Shown here: positions 17,230 through 22,163 of the stretch, in pieces
How positions within the stretch are numbered: position 1 is the stretch's first letter
How the letters are laid out: every line of letters begins with the position of its first letter
Assembly: GCA_964441745.1 (NCBI GenBank)
Contig: CAYTYR010000009.1
Span: 62,001-84,163 of the forward strand
Direction of reading: 5' to 3'
From: an uncultured Clostridia bacterium
Lineage (GTDB): Bacteria > CAYTYR01 > UBA6262
Length of the DNA stretch: 22,163 nt
Notes under the pieces: generated by a model
Database searches by the model: none
Told to the model about the DNA's origin: nothing
The model's input: the letters and a program-made list of their open reading frames with translations, nothing else
Translations under genes and position numbers: made by a program

Positions 17230-17577
17230 CTAGTTATTATGGTTCTGACTTGAAGCAAAAACATCAGTCATAAACCGGGAGATCTGTGAAAAGTTGGTGA
17301 TCAAATTAGTACCCATCAACCATTTATCCTCTTCTATCTTTATACTCCAAAGCACTCTAGCCATGATCTTAGGGCTATTAGCAGCCAAGCCTGATACAGA
17401 GAGAGTTACCGTCAAGACAGTATTGACCGGCAAGGCTTCACTGCTGACTAATTGCATACCGCCCATGTTAATATTTTTCAACAGGGCAGTATTTATAGTC
17501 TGAGCATTCCTGTACAAGACCGTTACGTCTGCATTAAACCTCTCGTATTTTCTTTTTTCCTGTATCATGCTGGTCAT
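17230..17577 (-). CDS. Single-domain PilZ protein
   Basis: EKRKYERF (RxxxR), NINMGG (variant of D/NxSxxG), ARVLW. RBS AAGGAGG before ATG at 17577. Confidence 0.85.
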   Translation of the reverse strand: MTSMIQEKRKYERFNADVTVLYRNAQTINTALLKNINMGGMQLVSSEALPVNTVLTVTLSVSGLAANSPKIMARVLWSIKIEEDKWLMGTNLITNFSQISRFMTDVFASSQNHNN

Positions 17578-17676
17578 ATCTTTTGTTCCTCCTTGCGTAT
17601 TAGAAACAATTAGTAATAAAAAGTTCCACAAAATCGACAAGCTCGCTCAACATCCTGATAAAAAATAAGGATTATT

Positions 17677-18087
17677 ATGCTTAAATTACGGGGACATCAT
17701 TTGATTTGTTTGATAGCATTCCAGGGAGAAGGGTACTCACCAGCTTTTGCCAGGAACTTTAAAAAACTACAGAAGCTATATCTGAACAAGCCAGCCGAAA
17801 AGGTCAAAGTAGTCGCTGGTCCGGATATGGCCTGTAAAAAATGTCCGCACCTGGCTAAGAACACCTGTATCTCTCCGATCGACGGCCCAAACTCCAGAGT
17901 TCTAGCCCTGGATAAAAAGGCCTTTAAATTGCTCAAGATCAAGCCCGGGATATATACAGCAGGGGAGCTTCACCAGCGCCTTCGCCGCCTCACCAAGCCT
18001 TTTTTGCGCAATTTCTGCCATAATTGCAGTTGGTATGGTAGGACCCCTTGCCAAAAGATCATTTTCGACTTTATCACCGCCCAGTAA
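17677..18087 (+). CDS. DUF1284 domain protein (Cys/His-rich, putative metal-binding)
   Basis: LRGHHLICL..FQGEGYS..F, PDMACKKCPH, CHNCSW...C. Confidence 0.88.
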   Translation: MLKLRGHHLICLIAFQGEGYSPAFARNFKKLQKLYLNKPAEKVKVVAGPDMACKKCPHLAKNTCISPIDGPNSRVLALDKKAFKLLKIKPGIYTAGELHQRLRRLTKPFLRNFCHNCSWYGRTPCQKIIFDFITAQ

Positions 18088-18095
18088 TTTTTCTC

Positions 18096-18124
18096 TTGAC
18101 ATCTTATGGCATTAGTGTTATTAT
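18096..18124 (+). promoter_or_regulatory. Sigma70 promoter of rex
   Basis: TTGACA (18096-18101), 17 nt, TATTAT (18119-18124) with an extended TGn. Confidence 0.8.
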
Positions 18125-18127
18125 TAT

Positions 18128-18149
18128 ACCTGTGAAAGATTTCACAGGT
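18128..18149. promoter_or_regulatory. Rex operator (ROP)
   Basis: Palindrome ACCTGTGAAA-GA-TTTCACAGGT. The core TGTGAA-N4-TTCACA matches the Rex consensus TTGTGAANNNNTTCACAA and overlaps the expected transcription start. Confidence 0.85.
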
Positions 18150-18174
18150 GTTTTTATTCAATTTAGAGGTTGTT

Positions 18175-18798
18175 ATGAAAAAGATACCCTTACCATCAAT
18201 AGAAAGGCTTTCCAATATATACGGACTCTTGGAGAAGCTGGAGAAAAGTGGTATTAAAACAGTCTCCAGTACCCAGATCGGCAAGAACATCAATGCCACC
18301 AATGCCACTGTCCGCAAAGATATCAGTTATTTAAGTATGCCCAGTGTCGCTGGCCGGGATTATGAAATCTCCAAGCTAAAGAAATACATTGGCCTGGACT
18401 TAAAGCTCTTTAAACCCAGGAAGGCCTGCATTATAGGATTAGGACGAATTGGCACGGCTATCCTGGCCTATGAAGGATTTAAGGAAGAAGGATTTGAGAT
18501 AGCTGCCGGTTTTGATGTCAGCCAGAACAAGATCGAAATGATCGTCAGCCAGGTCAGTCTCCATTTAATTCATGAGCTAAAGTCAATTATCGAGTCCAAG
18601 GGGATTGAGATCGGCATCATCTGCACGCCGCCTGAAGCAGCCCAGGAAACAGCTAATAAGCTAGTTGATACAAACATTAAGGGGATCATCAACTGTACGA
18701 CCGCTATGGTCAGCGTCCCAGAGGAGGTCATAATCCGCAACATCGACTACACCGGATATCTCCGGATAGTCTCAGCTCTTATCAGCCAGAGGAAATAA
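18175..18798 (+). CDS. rex: Redox-sensing transcriptional repressor Rex
   Basis: IPLPSIERLSNIY, VSS, TVRKDISY, IIGLGRIGTA, AGFD, AQETA, IKGIIN. RBS GAGGT before ATG 18175. Confidence 0.92.
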   Translation: MKKIPLPSIERLSNIYGLLEKLEKSGIKTVSSTQIGKNINATNATVRKDISYLSMPSVAGRDYEISKLKKYIGLDLKLFKPRKACIIGLGRIGTAILAYEGFKEEGFEIAAGFDVSQNKIEMIVSQVSLHLIHELKSIIESKGIEIGIICTPPEAAQETANKLVDTNIKGIINCTTAMVSVPEEVIIRNIDYTGYLRIVSALISQRK

Positions 18799-18804
18799 AG
18801 TTCT

Positions 18805-18839
18805 AATCGGTGTAATCTTCTTTTTAAATCTGTGTAATC
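18805..18839 (-). repeat. Family A dimer repeat (empty form)
   Basis: AATCGGTGTAATC (18805-18817), 9 nt, AATCTGTGTAATC (18827-18839). Confidence 0.88.
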
Positions 18840-18865
18840 TTATTCTAAAAAAGGGGGAAATAACA

Positions 18866-19954
18866 ATGGCGAGAGTATTTAATTTCAGCGCAGGACCGGC
18901 GATGTTGCCAGAATCAGTATTAAAAAAAGCCGCCGAAGAGATGATGGACTACAAAGGCAGCGGTATGAGCGTAATGGAAATGAGCCATCGTTCTAAGCCG
19001 TATGAGGAAATTATTAATGGCGCAGAAGCTACTTTGCGCGAGATCATGGGTATTCCTGATAATTATTATGTCTTATTCCTGCAAGGCGGCGCTTCCACCC
19101 AATTTGCGATGGTGCCCCTGAACCTGTTCAAAAATTCCAAAAAAGCCGACTTTGTCCATACCGGCACCTGGTCCAAAAAAGCTATTTCCGAGGCCAAGAA
19201 ATATGGCGCCGCCAATGTCGTCGCTTCTTCTGAAGACAAGAAGTTCGCCGAGATCCCGGTGATCGATCCGGCTAAGTTCACCAAAGACGCGGATTTTTTC
19301 CACATTACCACGAATAACACTATTGAAGGGACCACCATCAGGGAACTGCCCAATACCGGCAATGTACCGCTGGTAGCAGACATGTCTTCCAATATCCTGG
19401 GAGAACAATATGATGTCAGCAAGTTCGGCTTGATCTACGCCGGCGCCCAGAAGAATATCGGGCCAGCAGGAGTCACTGTCGTCATTATCAAGAAAGACCT
19501 GGTCGGATCAGCGTTACCGATCACCCCGACTATGCTGGATTATAAGATCCAGGCGGAAAACAAATCATTATATAACACACCGCCATGCTATGCCATTTAC
19601 GTCTCCAAGCTGGTCTTTGAATGGATCAAGGCCGAAGGCGGCGTCAAAGCAATCGAAGCGCGCAATAAGGAAAAAGCCGCCATGCTCTATAACGCCATTG
19701 ACGGTTCCAAGCTGTATAAAGCGCCGGTCACTAATCCCAAGTTCCGCTCCATCATGAATGTGCCATTTGCCTTGCCTACTGAAGAGCTGGATGAAAAATT
19801 CCTGGCGGAAGCCAAGAAACTTGGCCTGATCACCCTGAAAGGCCATCGCAGTGTCGGCGGCTGCAGAGCCAGCATCTATAATGCCATGCCGGTAGAAGGC
19901 GTAAAGAAATTAGTCGAGTTCATGCAAGAATTTGAATCAAACAACAAAGCTTAG
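18866..19954 (+). CDS. serC: Phosphoserine aminotransferase
   Basis: FNFSAGPA, EMSHRS, LQGGAS, ADMSS, YAGAQKNIGPAG, NTPP, GHRSVGG.RASIYNA. Confidence 0.97.
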   Translation: MARVFNFSAGPAMLPESVLKKAAEEMMDYKGSGMSVMEMSHRSKPYEEIINGAEATLREIMGIPDNYYVLFLQGGASTQFAMVPLNLFKNSKKADFVHTGTWSKKAISEAKKYGAANVVASSEDKKFAEIPVIDPAKFTKDADFFHITTNNTIEGTTIRELPNTGNVPLVADMSSNILGEQYDVSKFGLIYAGAQKNIGPAGVTVVIIKKDLVGSALPITPTMLDYKIQAENKSLYNTPPCYAIYVSKLVFEWIKAEGGVKAIEARNKEKAAMLYNAIDGSKLYKAPVTNPKFRSIMNVPFALPTEELDEKFLAEAKKLGLITLKGHRSVGGCRASIYNAMPVEGVKKLVEFMQEFESNNKA

Positions 19955-19959
19955 AAGTT

Positions 19960-20013
19960 ACCCCCTAGATTTCTCTGAAATCTAAACAGGGGGTTGAATT
20001 TGAAGCAAATTCA
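19960..20013 (+). other. Two intercistronic stem-loops between serC and serA
   Basis: ACCCCC-TAGATTTC-TCT-GAAATCTA..GGGGGT and TGAATTTG-AAG-CAAATTCA, with no U-tract. Confidence 0.55.
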
Positions 20014-20024
20014 GGAGGTATACA

Positions 20025-21194
20025 ATGTTCAAAATAAAGACACTGAATAAGATCTCACCTATCGGCTTAAAAAAGTTTCCATTGGACAACTATGAGATAG
20101 GGACAGAGATCAGCCAGCCAGAGGCTATCCTGGTCAGAAGCGCAAACATGCTGGAGTTGGAAATGCCCGAGACTCTGCATACTATCGGCCGGGCCGGAGC
20201 TGGAGTCAACAATATCCCGGTAGACAAATGTACCGGTAAGGGGATAGTAGTTTTCAATACCCCAGGCGCTAATGCCAATGCCGTCAAAGAATTGGTACTC
20301 GGAGCCATGTTCCTGTCTGCCCGTAATTTACCGGCAGCGATTGAATACGGCAAGACCTTGAAAGGGAAAGGGGCAGATGTCCCGCCATTGGTAGAAAAGA
20401 ACAAAGGCCAGTTCGCCGGTACTGAATTAAAAGGCAAAAAACTCGGTCTCATCGGCCTGGGAGCTATCGGCGTCATGGTCGCCAATGATGCGTTATCGTT
20501 AGGTATGACGGTAGAGGGCTTTGACCCGTTCATTTCCGTAGAAAGCGCCTGGAAATTATCCAATGAAGTCAAGAATGCTAAAGGCATGGACCGTTTGCTC
20601 GCCACCTCTGATTATATTTCCATCCATGTTCCACTTAACGACAAGACCAAAGGCCTGCTGAATACGGAAAAATTCGGGCAGATGAAAAAAGGTGTGCGCA
20701 TTTTTAATTTTTCGCGCGGCGGCATCGTCAACAACGAGCATCTGAAAAAAGCCATTGCCGAAGGTATCGTAGCCAGCTATGTCACTGATTTTCCGGATGA
20801 TGAACTGCTGAATATGGATAAAGTCATCTGCATTCCTCATTTAGGCGCTTCTTCTGAAGAAGCAGAGGACAATTGCGCCAGTATGGTAGTGGACCAGGTC
20901 ATTGATTTCCTGGAACACGGCAATATTACCAACTCGGTAAATTTCCCGGCTTGCGGATTAGGAAGGAATCCCGGGACTACCCGCCTGACCATTATCAACA
21001 AGAACGTACCAGGGATGGTGGCCCAGCTTTCCAATGTGTTCAGTAAAGCTAACCTGAACATCATTGAAATGATCAATAAGAGCAAGGACGACCTGGCGTA
21101 CAATATTATTGATGTCGCTGGTGAAGTCACGGACAAGACCGTAGAAAGTATCGCCAAAATTGAGAATATCATCAAAGTAAGAGCTTTAAAGTAA
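20025..21194 (+). CDS. serA: D-3-phosphoglycerate dehydrogenase with C-terminal ACT domain
   Basis: RAGAGVNNI, NTPGANANAVKE, GLGAIG, NFSRG, PHLGAS, NKNVPG (ACT). Follows serC. Confidence 0.95.
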   Translation: MFKIKTLNKISPIGLKKFPLDNYEIGTEISQPEAILVRSANMLELEMPETLHTIGRAGAGVNNIPVDKCTGKGIVVFNTPGANANAVKELVLGAMFLSARNLPAAIEYGKTLKGKGADVPPLVEKNKGQFAGTELKGKKLGLIGLGAIGVMVANDALSLGMTVEGFDPFISVESAWKLSNEVKNAKGMDRLLATSDYISIHVPLNDKTKGLLNTEKFGQMKKGVRIFNFSRGGIVNNEHLKKAIAEGIVASYVTDFPDDELLNMDKVICIPHLGASSEEAEDNCASMVVDQVIDFLEHGNITNSVNFPACGLGRNPGTTRLTIINKNVPGMVAQLSNVFSKANLNIIEMINKSKDDLAYNIIDVAGEVTDKTVESIAKIENIIKVRALK

Positions 21195-21217
21195 CTATAA
21201 GAATATTGTTAAAAACT

Positions 21218-21251
21218 AAAAGGCATCTGGGTCAAGCCAGGTGCCTTTTTT
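21218..21251 (+). terminator. Rho-independent terminator after serA
   Basis: AAAAGGCATCTGG-GTCAAG-CCAGGTGCC followed by a T run. Confidence 0.85.
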
Positions 21252-21425
21252 ATTATTAATTAATAACCATTTTCCACCTACGCGGTGGAAAGTCGGGTTA
21301 TGAAAAAAGCGCTTGACAGCAGGGACTTTGTCAGGCATTTATTATTCATACAGAATTAACTATAGAAAGCCACGTAATTTCTGGTTGTGCCCTCCACCAA
21401 GCTTGGCGGTTAGAGCTGGATGTTA

Positions 21426-21461
21426 GGTTGCCATAAGTAAAATACGCTGGCAGCCTTTTTT
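21426..21461 (+). terminator. Terminator-like hairpin upstream of the HEAT-repeat gene
   Basis: GGTTGCCA-14 nt-TGGCAGCC-TTTTTT, ending about 12 nt before the RBS. Confidence 0.5.
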
Positions 21462-21484
21462 GTTTATAAATTAAGGAGTAAAGA

Positions 21485-22138
21485 ATGAAAAAAGTAAGTC
21501 TAGTATTAATGTTCTTAATAATAATGATAAATTTGGCCCATGCTGGCAATGTAGATACCGCCATGTCCAAGCTCAAGAATAAAGAGACTAGGCAAGAAGG
21601 GGCAAAAGAACTTGAATCTATAGGACAGCCCGCATTGCCTCAGATCCAAGAAATAGCCAAAGATCAGACAAGGTCCAGGGATGAAAGAATAACGGCCCTC
21701 ATTCTGATGGGCAGAATTGGTAAGAATGCTCCTAATCCGCAGTTGAGGATACAGTTGGAAGATACCCTCAAAAACGATAATGACGATCTTACCCGGGAAG
21801 CTTCAGCAATAGCCCTAGGGCATCTTAAAGACCAAGAATCTATTCCTAAGCTGAAAGATGCGCTAAATGATCGTAGTGGCAATGTCAGGATGAGAGCTGC
21901 TTTAGGATTAGCCAAACTAGGAGATAAATATGGTAAAACACCTGCCTTACAAGCTATTACACAGAAGAATGTCACAGCTCAGCTCTTAGCCATTGATGTA
22001 TTGGAAGAGTATAATGATAAGTCAGTACTCTCTCAATTAAAAGCCAATCTAAACTCAGACAATGTTTGGACCAGGATACATTCAATGCTAGCTATAAAGA
22101 GGATAGAGGAAACAATGGGGTCAGGCACTGAATCGTGA
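21485..22138 (+). CDS. Secreted HEAT/PBS-lyase-like repeat protein
   Basis: RBS AAGGAG; signal peptide ending AHA; repeats TREASAIALGHL..ESIPKL..AL.D and VRMRAALGLAKLG. Confidence 0.85.
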   Translation: MKKVSLVLMFLIIMINLAHAGNVDTAMSKLKNKETRQEGAKELESIGQPALPQIQEIAKDQTRSRDERITALILMGRIGKNAPNPQLRIQLEDTLKNDNDDLTREASAIALGHLKDQESIPKLKDALNDRSGNVRMRAALGLAKLGDKYGKTPALQAITQKNVTAQLLAIDVLEEYNDKSVLSQLKANLNSDNVWTRIHSMLAIKRIEETMGSGTES

Positions 22139-22163
22139 ATCTGCTTGACAATAAATCGATTAT

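Noticed and set aside
17578-17640. Longer start for the PilZ ORF
   Set aside because: A strong AAGGAGG precedes ATG 17577.
5285-18839. Family A repeats as a CRISPR array
   Set aside because: Units are 13 nt, occur as dispersed dimers with 8-9-nt spacers, and no cas genes are present.
20090-20605. 171-aa minus-strand ORF (and other short overlapping ORFs in the track)
   Set aside because: Shadows of well-supported genes such as serA, with no independent evidence.
21365-21433. c-di-GMP-I riboswitch (AAAGCCACG...GGTTGCC resemblance)
   Set aside because: It lacks the GGCAAA/GNRA-tetraloop P2 and GACGC elements, so the similarity is too fragmentary.
21346-21576. 76-aa minus-strand ORF as a toxin or leader peptide
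   Set aside because: It overlaps the HEAT gene start and has no recognisable motif.

Overview
A bacterial chromosomal window with about 25 CDS, almost all on the + strand; only the PilZ gene is on the minus strand. Lipoproteins and an LpoB-like gene suggest a diderm. In order: a DksA/TraR C4 zinc-finger gene (5' truncated), rmuC, a small membrane protein, an unusual REC + MshEN-like repeats + CheX-like fusion, a zinc-ribbon/FxLYD protein, a secreted hypothetical, a radical SAM/SPASM enzyme, a GIDE/EF-hand protein with lemA, YdcF/DUF218, ECF T and A components, a probable PPi-dependent phosphofructokinase, LpoB-like, COG3014-like and GDSL lipoproteins, a metallophosphoesterase, a membrane protein, an amidohydrolase, VanZ, rsmE, PilZ, DUF1284, rex (with a clear promoter and Rex operator), serC, serA and a HEAT-repeat protein. 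No rRNA, tRNA, CRISPR array or transposase was seen. The most striking unexplained signal is non-coding. Many intergenic gaps carry members of several short repeat families. One is a GATTACACAGATT dimer, found both empty and with a 19-nt palindrome inserted at the same position. Others are CCGCC..GGCGG palindromes and short-period inverted tandem arrays. Together they suggest a nested, mobile miniature-repeat system. Product calls come from motif recognition by eye, with no database searches.
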